A program made the position numbers and the translations under genes. DNA of 64,000 nucleotides, from assembly GCF_006345805.1 (NCBI RefSeq), contig NC_042998.1, positions 202,616,001-202,680,000 on the forward strand. Direction: 5' to 3'. Below, piece after piece: positions 51,761-64,000 of this stretch; within the stretch, counting starts at the first letter, position 1, and each line of letters starts with the position of its first letter. The notes below the pieces were generated by a model that was not told where the DNA came from, ran no database searches, and was given only the letters and a program-made list of their open reading frames with translations. This DNA is from Octopus sinensis (Eukaryota).

Positions 51761-51794
51761 AGTCCTGATACGTATAGATCAGACATTATATATG

Positions 51795-51874
<80 letters not shown>

Positions 51875-51875
<1 letters not shown>

Positions 51876-52280
51876 CTCTTTCACTTGTCTCAGTCATTTG
51901 ACTGTGGCCATGCTGGAGCACCGCATTTAGTCGAGCAAACCAACCCCAGTACTTATTCTTTGTGAGCCTTGTACTTATTCTATTGGTCGCTTTTGCCGAA
52001 CCGGTAATTTACGGGGACGTAAACACACCAGTATCGGTTGTTAAGCGATGTTGGGTGGGGGGGACAAACTCAGACACACGAACATATACACACATATACA
52101 TATATATATATATATATACGACGGGCTTCTTTCAGTTTCCGTCTACCGAATCCACTCACAAGGCTTTGGTCGGCCCGCGGCTATAGTAGAAGACACTCGC
52201 CCAAGGTGCCACGCAGTGCGACTGAACCACGAACCATGTGGTTCCTAAGCAAGCTACTTACCACAGAGCCACTTCTATGA
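51875..52280 (-). mobile_element. SINE family C
   Basis: tRNA-like head near 52270, internal (CA)/(TA) tract, tail GGTGCTCCAGCATGGCC.CAGTCAAATGACTGA. Confidence 0.85.
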
Positions 52281-53163
52281 CTATATATATATTATGTTCA
52301 GATTTTATTATTCACTCAATAACACAACACAAAATTTGCTGGACTATGAGTTATATGCACATATCCAAATTTTAATTTCTTTTCTACAGTATTTATTCGC
52401 AAAAATTGAATCAAGCGGACATGTTATGAATAACCGAGAAACAAATCCGTTGTATATTATAAATCTATTTACTTCTTGTAAGTATTCTTCTTTCATTTCA
52501 TCTGGTTCAACAGAAAACTCTACTTGCGCATCGTATATCTTTTCCAATGCTGACACAGAAGTCAGAAAATCCTGAATCATTTTAAAGATACAGACACGCG
52601 GGAGACGTTACATTTAATGAGAGCGAATTTTACGATTCTGTTGTGAAATTGAGAATCGCGCTAGAAAAAAATACAAGCAGCATAGTTTTATATTGTTTGC
52701 ATCTCTATGGAATAAAATTACAGCAAGACGTTTGAATATTTTATTATTCATTTGAGAATAAAGAATATTTGCTGCAGTAAAAGCTACACACAAATACCAA
52801 GTCGCGACTTCCGGGATTGTATATTCTTTCATAGAAGCATAACGTCCTATTGCTACTAATATACATACAATATTTACATTACACATTACAAGGATTATCT
52901 GAAAACAGCTAGTCTCCGTTACCGCCAGATTACACACAAACATACACACTACACATATATACAGACACACACACATATACACTACACATATATACACACA
53001 CACACGTATATAAATTGATGGACAGATAAGTACACAAACTATGCTTTTTTGTCTCTGTTTTTTTTTTCATAATATCCCTTGATGAAATAGGATTTTGAGA
53101 CGTTAATATATTAAAAGAGAATTTCAAACCCTGAAGCCGCTGGTTTACTACTATTACATATAT

Positions 53164-53543
53164 GTGGAGGCGCAATGGCCCAGTGGTTATGGCAGCGGAC
53201 TTGCGGTCATAGGATCGCGGTTTCGATTCCCAGACCGGGCGTTGTGAGTGTTTATTGAGCGAAAACACCTAAAGCTCCACGAGGCTTCGGCAGGGGATGG
53301 TGGTGATCCCTGCTGTACTCTTTCACCACAACTTTCTCTCACTCTTACTTCCTGTTTCTGTTGTACCTGTATTTCAAAGGGCCGGCCTTGTCACTCTCTG
53401 TGTCACGCTGAATATCCCACGAGAACTACGTTAAGGGTGCACGTGTCTGCGGAGTGCTCAGCCACTTGCACGTTAATATCACGAGCAGGCTGTTCCGTTG
53501 ATCGGATCAACCGGAACCCTCATCGTAGTAACCGACGGAGTGC
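53164..53543 (+). mobile_element. SINE family B between long direct repeats
   Basis: Full copy; flank 52856-53163 is repeated downstream. Confidence 0.9.
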
Positions 53544-53743
53544 TTCTACCACTAATATACATACAATATTTACATTACACATTACAAGGATTATCTGAAA
53601 ACAGCTAGTCTCCGTTACCGCCAGATTACACACAAACATACGCACTACACATATATATACACACATACACATACACACTACACATATACACACACACACG
53701 TATATAAATTGATCAGGACTGTTGCCATAGCAACAAAGCTAAA

Positions 53744-54043
53744 GGGCGGCGAGCTGGCAAGGGCGGCGAGCTGGCAAGGGCGGCGAGCTGGCAAGGGCGG
53801 CGAGCTGGCAAGGGCGGCGAGCTGGCAGAAACGTTAGCGCGCCGGGCGAAATGCGTAGCCGTATTTCGTCTGTCGTTACATTCTGAGTTCAAATTCCGCC
53901 TAGGTCGACTTTGCCTTTCATCCTTTACGGGTCGATAAATTAAGTACCAGTTTCGCACTGGGGTCGATGTAATCGACTTAATACCTTTGTCTGTCTTTGT
54001 TTGTCCCCTCTATGTTTAGCCCCTTCTGGGTAATAAAGAAATA
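53744..54043 (+). mobile_element. SINE family A with five-fold head repeat and 13-bp TSD
   Basis: (GGGCGGCGAGCTGGCAA)x4 plus head; TATATAAATTGAT at 53701-53713 and 54044-54056. Confidence 0.9.
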
Positions 54044-54224
54044 TATATAAATTGATGGACAGATAAGTACACAGACTATGCTTTTTTGTCTCTGTTTTTC
54101 ATTTCATAATATCCTGTGATGAAATAGGATTTTGAGACGTTAATATATTAAAACAGAATTTCGAACCCTGAAGCCGCTGGTTTATTACTATTACATATAT
54201 ACCTAATGCATTACTCTTTACTCT

Positions 54225-54433
54225 TTACTCTTTACTCTTTTACTTGTTTCAGTCATATGACGGCGGTCATGCTGGAGCACCGCCTTTAGTCGAGCAAATC
54301 GACCCCAGGACTTATTCGTTCTAAGCATAGTACTTATTCTATCGCTATCTTTTGCCGAACCGCTAAGTTACTGGGACATAAGCACACCAGGATCGTTTGT
54401 CAAACTGTGTTGGGGTGGGGAACTGACACACAA

Positions 54434-54505
<72 letters not shown>

Positions 54506-54645
54506 AACATATATACGACGGGCTTTTTTCAGCTTCCGTCTACCAAATCCACTCACACTTGCCCAAGGTGCCATGCAGTGGGACTGAACCCGGAACCGTG
54601 TGGTTGGTAAGCAAGCTACTTACCAAACACCCACTCCTGCGCCTA
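54225..54645 (-). mobile_element. SINE family C
   Basis: As above, with an internal deletion. Confidence 0.85.
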
Positions 54646-54804
54646 TGTTAATATATGTTTCAAAGCACAAAGCCATCAACCCCATTGCTCAATTGGGACT
54701 TATTTTATCGTCCCTGAAAAAGATAAAAGTAAAGTCGTCCTCGGCGGAATTTGAACTGAAAACGAGAAGACGGGCGAAATGCCGCCAAGCATTTTGCCCG
54801 GTAT

Positions 54805-55208
54805 TTAGTCATCTGTTTCAGTCATTTGTCATTTGACTGCGGCCATGCTGGAGCACCGCTCTTAGTCGAGCAAATCGACCCCGGGACTTATTCTTTGTAA
54901 GCCCAGTATTTATTCTATCGGTCTCTTTTGCCGAACCGCTAAGTGACGGGGACGTAAACACACCAGCATCGGTTGTCAAGCAATGCTAGGGGGACAAACA
55001 CAGACACAAACACACACACATATATATATATATACATATATACGACAGGCTTCTTTCAGTTTCCGTCTACCAAATCCACTCACAAGGCATTGGTCGGCCC
55101 GGGGTTATAGCAGCAGACACTTGCCCAAGATGCCACGCAGTGGTACTGAACCCAGAACCATGTGGTTGGTTAGCAAGCTACTCACCAAACACCCACTCCT
55201 TCGCCTAT
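54805..55208 (-). mobile_element. SINE family C
   Basis: As above. Confidence 0.85.
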
Positions 55209-56172
55209 GTTAATATAAGTTTCAAAGCACAAAGCTATCAACCCCATTGCTCAACTGGGACTTATTTTATCGTCCCTGAAAAAGATAAAAGTAAAGTCGT
55301 CCTCGGCGGAATTTGAACTGAAAACGAGAAGACGGGCGAAATGCCGCCAAGCATTTTTGCCCGGCATGCTAATGATCCTGTCAGCTCACCGCCATGTGCA
55401 TTGTTAATATTAATTTTCGTAACTTAAATCGCTGGGAAATATCGTCGAGAATGCTTTAACGTTAAATTATCATTCTTTTAAAAGTATTTACGTCTTTGAC
55501 GGCGAAGACGAACATAGCATTCGTGCGTTGTGCGACTGAGTATGAGTGCGTTATTTTAATAATGAATAGAAGTCGAATAGAAATGAATAACTTTAATGGG
55601 TGAGACAGGAATATTATTTTACGGGAATGAAGATGGATTTCGCAAAGCGACATAGCAGGTGGGAAGACGGTTGTACAACGTATAAATCACATTTTCATTG
55701 AAAAATTACAATTGGAATATAAGATATTTTACAATTCTTTCCAGACTTAACAAATATTTTCAAGAAGTATAAATTACAGATATATTTAAACACTTGGCCT
55801 TTTTAATTCGCGACAATTTTGCCTTTCATCCGTTTAGCGTCAGAGAAAACTTGCTACCATGATGAATCGACGAAATTGATAGAACGTTAGACTGGAGGAT
55901 TGGCAGACCTTGTATCGGATTTTTGCGTTCTGTTACAGACTGAGTGGAATACTTAATCCATCATTAAGCTTAATCCATCATTAAGCATCAGGTACAAGAA
56001 GTGTTTTTAGCGGAATCTATTCTCTGGCCAATTCTCCGATTTCAGAATATTTTCCTCCATACATACTAAATGTATTAAAAGATACAAAAATATACACGCA
56101 TACATATGTATATACATACATACATACATACACACATACATACATACATACATACATACATACATACATACA

Positions 56173-56206
<34 letters not shown>

Positions 56207-56455
56207 CATACATACATACCATACATACATACATACATACAATAAAGTAATTTACATGAATCCACGATTTCATGTTGTATTTAAACGAAGGCTATGGTAA
56301 GTTCGAAGGTTCGGGAAAGATCTAAGTTTTGTCCACTGTTATTGGAACCCCGCGGCAGAGTTAACTTGAATTCCCCACGGAACTTTGTCTCATTGTTCCG
56401 CAAAATGTTTTTACACTCCTTCTACCAGCCTTTTTATAATACTCTATATGGATGG

Positions 56456-56839
56456 ACGCAGTCAGTCGGTTACGACGATGAGGGTTCCGGTTGATCCGAA
56501 TCAACGGAGCAGCCTGCTCGTGAAATTAACGTGTAAGTGGCTGAGCACTCCACAGACACGTGTACCCTTAACGTAGTTCTCGAGGAGATTCAGCGTGACA
56601 CACGGAATGTGACAAGGCTGGCCCTTTGAAATACAGGTACAACAGAAACAGGAAGTAAGAGTGAGAGAAAGTTGTGGTGAAAGAGTACAGCAGGGTTCAC
56701 CACCACCACCTGCCGGAGCCTCGTGGAGTTTTAGGTGTTTTCGCTCAATAAACACTCACAATGCCCGGTCTGGGAATCGAAACCGCGATCCTATGACCGC
56801 GAGTCCGCTGCCCTAACCACTGGGCCATTGCGCCTCCAC
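56456..56839 (-). mobile_element. SINE family B
   Basis: Reverse complement of the family B sequence. Confidence 0.9.
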
Positions 56840-57207
56840 TAATACTCTATAAATACATGCTCGACAATTGTTAATAATCCTGTCTATTCACATACTCTGT
56901 TTTCTCATTTCTGTAATCATGTAGGACACATGCAGCAAAATATATTTAACGAGATAATTCTCCACATATTCTTTATTGTAGATCCTCGAGTATTGCCCAC
57001 ACAGACAGAGAAATGTTTTCTAGCATTATATAAATACACCATGTAGATATGTAAGATATAAACGGTTAAATATGATAAACGTACGAAAATAGTTAATTAT
57101 TTGTATTGGCATACTGGTGCCTGAATGTGTGGAGCTCAAAATCGAATATTGGTATTGTATATGAATGCGTATGTTTAATACAAGTTTAATGCTATTGTAT
57201 ATTACAC

Positions 57208-57241
<34 letters not shown>

Positions 57242-57660
57242 CTTACAGTGTACATTTAAACACATAAGAGATGACCAATAATAGGACATCTGACTCACTA
57301 GAAAGAGCAGTTAAAACTCCAAGCCACTAATAGTTGCAATTCTGAAAGGGAATGAAAAATAAAAAAACATTTACCTCATTTTTCCTAGACTATGCATAGT
57401 TTCTGCAATTTTATATAAATTAAAATAAAATAATTTTAATTTACATCTGGCGTTGCTTCGTCAGCAGGATACCAGGGATCAACATATAGACACGATGCGA
57501 TAAGTAACATGCCTCGTGTCTATATGCTATAATTTTTCGAATCCTCCGAGCAAATGCGGAACTATCTAGCAGTAAATAAATTGCCGATATTCTTTCAAAA
57601 TTTGCCAAAAACCTTTATAATTAATTAAAATATCGTAGGGTAGCAAAAAATATTTATAGA

Positions 57661-57743
<83 letters not shown>

Positions 57744-57744
57744 G

Positions 57745-58351
57745 TAAACACTATGCATTTGTCGTTATTATCTTTACCTGGTCGTCGCCATACTCATTTA
57801 ATACCATATGACCTAAACAATTGATTTTAGTCACGTCAGAAAAAAGAATTTTATTCCAAAACTCCTTCCCCTTACTCACATAGGTTTCGGCAAAAGAAAG
57901 ACGGCTTGATTTATGCCTGTTAGTGAGGAGAGGCTTCCTACGAGGAATGTGTCCATGAAGAACACACTGGTTCAAAATTCGACGAACTGTTTGGATAGAT
58001 ACATACTTTCCGGTAACAGAAGACACTTCTTGGGCCACAGATGTAGCGGTACGACGCGGTCCATCACGTTGGCTGTGGCGAATATCAATTGCAGTTAAAA
58101 TATAGCAACCTGGACGATGTTTAGACTTAACTTTATTGCTTTGTACTTCTGAATTACTTTGGCAACTGTGTTTACGCTAATATGTATCCGCTAATTAACT
58201 TGTATCCTAAACCATTCTTGAGTAAATTAAGAATAATTTTCTTCAGACAATTATTTTCCTTACGGTGTCATTTTAATTAAAAAAAATAAGTGGATAAAAT
58301 ATAGAATATAGCAACTTTACTTTAGAGTGTACGTATTTTTGCGAGATACTG
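57745..58351 (-). mobile_element. Tc1-like transposon 5' fragment
   Basis: VSIQTVRRIL..RRKPLL..RLSFAETY..WNKILFSDVTK; TA plus CAGTATCTCGCAAAAATACGTACAC TIR-like end at 58351. Confidence 0.85.
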
Positions 58352-60985
58352 TATACACACACACATATATATACATGTATGTATGTATGTATGTATGTAT
58401 GTACGTATGTATGTATGTATGTATGCATATGTGTATTTGTGTTATGAGTGTCTATGTGCGTGTAAGTGTATGCATACCTGGGATATATCCTTGAGGATAT
58501 TATGCATGAATTTATTTGAACTGTACCAAGCCTAGTTTAGGACAATGATGTTCTATGATCAGCGACATGCTTGTACATTCTGATTTCGTCACGAAAGCTA
58601 ACCGCAAGCTTAACATAGGCATAGGAGGAAAGTAGAACTGATTTGCTCTGATCGACAACCCAGTCTCTTCTTACCAAAATATTGAGGAACTAAAAATGTA
58701 AAAGAGAAATCTATGTAACTGGCAGTATCGTCACACGGTTGTCAGTATGGTGTAGGTAATAAAATGAAGGGTTCTAACGCAAATAGATAAAACTGTGTAT
58801 GTTGGAGAGGAATTTGAACAGGACCCTGAGGAGAATACCAGGTTTACGACCTTGTACACCCAAAACTTAACACTACTGATTCGATAAAAGAAAATCTCAT
58901 ACAGAACAGTCCTCTGCACAACCGCCGCAAAACATACTCTAAACAATAGGCATCCAATATTATATCAGACACAGCCTATATTATACAGAGTCTACATCAG
59001 AAGTTATAATTGAACCCACCCAATACATAGTCAGAATAAACAAATCCAGCAACGCAGTCATTACTCCACGCAATATCACAAATCACACTATTCTTGTGAT
59101 ACACAATCACTTTGCAAGAAAACAACTCAATTCAATCAGCGCATAAAACACATCAATCAGATAAAACGCTAGGGTAACACTAGAAACAAACGAAACAAAC
59201 AGTTGTGGAGTAGAAACAGAATATTACACTACTTCCAACAGACAATAATGCAACACACCTCGGGAACACTGAAGTATATCTGGTAACGCATTAGAGGCTT
59301 GCATGAAAGGAAAAACTTCGAAAACGGGTTAGGCTAATAATAAGGATTTCAAACATCAAAATAACAATTTCTATTATTATTGTTGTTGCTGTTGTTGTTA
59401 TCATCTTCTCCTTCATCATCATCGCAGCAGCAAAAACAACAACAGCATCGTCATCCTTATCTTCATGATCATCATTATTGTTTATACACGCGTTATATAC
59501 GAACACAAATTTACATAACCTAAAGGGAAATCACAAAGTTATTTCCATTGATGTGAAATATAAGAAAATAAGAAACAGAGACAAATATATACACAAATAT
59601 AGACACATATAAATGTATTACTATATATATTTGTGTATTTATTTCAAAGATATGCCTATGCAAACACTTGAATATGTGTGTCTGTGTGTGTAAGTATATA
59701 TATATATACATATGTATGTATGTATGTATATATATATATATATTATATATATATATATATATACGTATATATGTATGTATATATATATGTATGTATATAT
59801 ATATGTATATATATATGTATATATACATATATGTATATATATGTATATGTATATATATATGTATGTATATATATATGTATATATATATATATGTATATAT
59901 ATACACACACATTCAAACATAACGTATACATAAAATATTCGCAGGAATGTTATACGTAGATACGTGGATATATCTACATCTATATGTATGTATACACACG
60001 CACACACACATACTCACACACTCACGTATAATACCCATGGGGTAGCTTTATTATATCACCATACGAATTTTGTGAGGGGAGGACGGATTCACATTTTTTT
60101 TCCCTCTTTCGAAGCAACACATGACAAATAAAGAACGCTGAGATAATATCGTAGGTTTATACTTAATTGCATGTAATAACACTTTCATAGACACGACGCT
60201 GAAATTACAGGGAACATCGAAGGCCTCCGTAGTCAGTTTACCAACCAGATTGTCCTGCTAAAAAGACTCCCACGTCCAACTCCAACTCACAAGAAATGTT
60301 TTCCACCAATGTGTCTCGAGTGAAGCTGCTCTTTAAATTCATCACTACAGAATTTTATTAGTCGTGATTCTATGCTTAGAATCGGATAAAACATATCTTT
60401 TTATCTCCTTCTTTGCTTTTTTATGTATATTTTGCTATTTTACTGTTTTTTGGGGGTGGAGGGCGTTTTTCCAAGATTTATCATGAAATAACTACAGCTT
60501 AGAAAAAAAAAACAGCTACGACAATAAAAATAAAAAATTTAGTACTTTAATGGTTACTCAATGTAGCCGCTTGACCGTTAATAATTGTAATCAAATCACA
60601 CCCTGTCTTAAATAAGGAAAATGGAATATCAATATAATGTACTCTTAGATAAAAAGACACGCCTTGAATGTCTTATGTTATAGGTCTGCCGGGTCAGAGC
60701 ATGCCTGAACCAAAAGAACAAAACGAAAATTATCAGCGGCAGTAAAAACAGTAAATGGCTGTTGACTTTAACACACTTGGGATATTTTTTATTCAGCCAC
60801 TTTCAATATATTACAAGAAATTATTCGAAAATCTATGGTATTAGTCAACCACCTAGAAATAGGACACGACTTCAAATATCCAACCTCTCAAAATGAAAAA
60901 CATGGTTCGTTTCAGTGTAATAAGATGCAAAATCAGAGAATTACTTCTTAATCAGTAGTTTACTATTTCCTTCTCCTTTCATCAG

Positions 60986-61154
60986 TTTTTCAATCACCCT
61001 GTTAGTTCTTCAGTGCTTGTTTCTTGCTGTATTTTCTGCGTCAGAAGAAGAACTGTAAGTTCACAAGTCCTCCATGCTGAAATTGCTTTAGATTCAACGG
61101 ACTGCTTCACATCAAATAATTCGCCATACGAACACAACTCCAAGACTCTAAGGT
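60986..61154. other. Candidate exon, strand unresolved
   Basis: Plus strand: pyrimidine tract and CAG at 60985, GTAAGT at 61055; open frames on both strands. Confidence 0.25.
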
Positions 61155-61180
61155 ATATATATACGCGCGCGTGTGTATGT

Positions 61181-61255
<75 letters not shown>

Positions 61256-63171
61256 AAAAACAAAGGGCGAGATATAAGGTTTGTATAGGCCTGTAAATCA
61301 ATGACTTTTCTTTAGTTGCATTCATGCGTGTATAAAAAAATGTATGAGACGTTATTATGGATATCCGTTCAGCAGAAACGGTGTGAGAAAATATTTGAGT
61401 TTGAATTATTGTGGAAATGGAGGAGATAGGGAATATAGAGGGAAACAAGAGAATGAAAGTAGAAATAAGATATATGAGGATATTGTAGTTGCAATTCTAT
61501 TATTCGAGGAAAATGGTGTATAGAAGTGGTAAAAAAAGTTTCCTGGCAGTTCATGTTTAGTGATTTCAAAGTATGGAGCCGTGGAATCAGTGTTCCTCGT
61601 TCAAAAGGGTTTTCTGGTGTGAATGAAAATTTGAGAATGTATTGGTAATATTTATGGATAGATGTGTGGAGGAGAGATGTGTATGATTAGAAAGAGGAGA
61701 CAGGTCAAATATAAAGCAGGAAGAGAAAATTAGAGGAAGAGAGGGAAAAAGTGAAAAGAGTGAAAAAAAATGAAGAAAGGGTGAAAGAGTTGAGAAAAGG
61801 AGTGTTATTTGGTGGTCAAGATAATGTGATGGTGGAATGGTAGAGGTGTGGGCGGAGCTGAGAAGGTAAGGAGTAAAAGAATGTGATATATGTGCGTACG
61901 GGTGATATGACAGAGCTGCATTAAGGGATGGGTAGAGAAAAGATAGAGAAAAGTTATGGGTGGTGTGATAGCAAAGTGTGTAGTAGTCTTGGTAGTAAAG
62001 TTTGAAGTGCATGGAAGAATAGAAGGATGTCAAATTACTATAAATAGACGTATGTGATAGGTTAGTGATAGATAGGAATCAGAGAGGAGGAAAGAATGTA
62101 TAATGACATACCTACGCATGCACTCACATACTTATGTGCAAATATGTATACATACATGCACACCCACATATATATGTACAGACATATACATACTCCTATA
62201 CATACACATGCATATATACATATGCATGCTCACGCGCATCCCTAGATGTAGTCAAACACACCCATGCGTGCGCGTACATGTATACATACATGCACGTGCA
62301 CATAAGTGCACGCAGGTGCACACGCATTTATAGTCACACGCATGCGGGCACAGGTCCTTATGTATACATAAATACACATACACACACATTCATATATATT
62401 TGTATATATATGAACGTGCACACACATGCATACACACGCACATATATGTAGGTGTGTATATATATATATATATATATGTATATACACACACACACATATA
62501 TATACATACCTACATATAGATACATACATACATAAAATACCTTACACACATTTACACAAACACACATGTATCCGCTTGTATGTCTGTACATGTATTAATT
62601 GATTGTGATCCTTAAAGTAAGATAGGGGAGTTAATTAAAGATTAAAAACTAAAATTAACAGATGCAAAAAGAAACGAACACATAATACAGCGAAAGAAGT
62701 ATTAAATATAACCGTGAACGGATATGGATGTATAAACGCCTCTGAGTAGGTTGTATGGCGTATGTGCACTTCCTCATACAAGCATCTACGAAGATGTAAG
62801 TATACGCAAACGTATGGCTTGTCGTGCATGCTTTCACATAGCGAATTAAATAGTTAATTGGTGCTTATGAGAATCGAGAGGTTGGAGCTAAATTTAACCT
62901 ATCTATACCTTACGGAACTGTTGTTTTAATGAGTTATATGTATTTATCACTCGAAGAGACACACCTACACCGGCAGATGCTCCTGAACTAGTTGCTAAGT
63001 GAGGGATCGATGCTACATGGGTTGAACCAATCGTAATTATTAATAAAAATGCTCGTATCTCCCATCTTTTGTCTCTCTTATTAACCATATATATATATTA
63101 CGGAGATGTACTTGCATAGCGAGTGACTTGATCTGAGATTGTGTGCTGGAACGAAAACAATAGCAGCGTGG

Positions 63172-63306
63172 AATTTAATTTATCAAAATATTTTCGTCGC
63201 TTTGAGACCGCGACCTGTTCACTGACGAAACTTCGTGCTGCACAAAGTTTTTTCAGTGAACAGGTCGCGGTCTCAAAGCGACGAAAATATTTTGACAAAT
63301 TAAATT
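63172..63306. repeat. Hairpin element with 54-bp arms (MITE-like)
   Basis: 63172-63225 is inverted at 63253-63306 with one mismatch. Confidence 0.85.
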
Positions 63307-63479
63307 TAAATGTTGAAGTGAATCTAACAGTCTTGTGCGTCTTTAAATGGCTTACAAACACCTTCCACGCTGCAATTGTTTATATATATATATTATATAT
63401 ATACTTTGATACTTTGATAGGTTTCGGCCATTATTGGCCCAGGCCATGTCTAACTTAATAGCACCACCTGGTGCTATAA

Positions 63480-63529
63480 TATATATATATATATAATATA
63501 TATATATATATATTATATATTATATATTA

Positions 63530-63573
<44 letters not shown>

Positions 63574-63652
63574 TATATATATATATATACATTATATATA
63601 TATTATATATTATATATATAACATTATATATATATATATATATATATTATAT

Positions 63653-63694
<42 letters not shown>

Positions 63695-63734
63695 ATATAT
63701 ATTATATATATATTATATATATATTATATATATA

Positions 63735-63793
<59 letters not shown>

Positions 63794-63850
63794 TATATAT
63801 ATATATGGATATTATACGCACATATTGTATATATGAAATATATATATATA
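63480..63850. repeat. Degenerate (TA)n microsatellite
   Basis: Direct reading. Confidence 0.95.
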
Positions 63851-64000
63851 TGTGTGTGTGTGTATACTACTTCAAATCACAAATGTCCTTTATCTTTTAG
63901 AAGATGCTTATGATGGATGTGCTTTTATGTATATAGAGAGCAAGAATAGCATAGGAAAGTACGTGAACGTGCGAAGGACCGAGTGAGAGAGAGAGAGAGG

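Noticed and set aside
58540-58960. Unique-looking stretch with short ORFs
   Set aside because: No recognisable motif in any frame; probably old transposon debris.
63221-63260. CTGACGA followed by a stem inside the hairpin element
   Set aside because: Followed by TTTCAG rather than GAAA; not a hammerhead.

Overview
Very AT-rich, microsatellite-dense eukaryotic DNA, most likely a coleoid cephalopod such as Octopus. That assignment is inferred from the tRNA-derived SINE families and repeat landscape, not from a search. I find no intact protein-coding gene: almost all listed ORFs are microsatellite translations or decayed transposon pieces (R4/Dong-like and CR1-like LINEs, mariner, Tc1, Chapaev-like, Gypsy, a Helitron end, three or four SINE families). 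The unusual content is RNA-structural. (1) A 2.45-copy, 360-bp tandem repeat at 15587-16468 carries a minimal type I hammerhead ribozyme fold once per unit on the minus strand, with a palindromic stem III and a non-canonical A8. This is the layout of a non-LTR retrozyme. (2) It is fused to a 5-kb 12-bp satellite whose far end shows a stepwise origin from an AAT/GAT microsatellite behind a B-box-containing head. (3) A 730-bp spacer-less palindrome at 43231-43960 holds two intact outward-facing hammerheads. (4) Further hammerhead variants and fold-back palindromes occur, and some folds are centred on hammerhead stem III. (5) A SINE insertion captured a 33-bp local sequence containing an RFX X-box. 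All ribozyme calls are hand-folded and untested.
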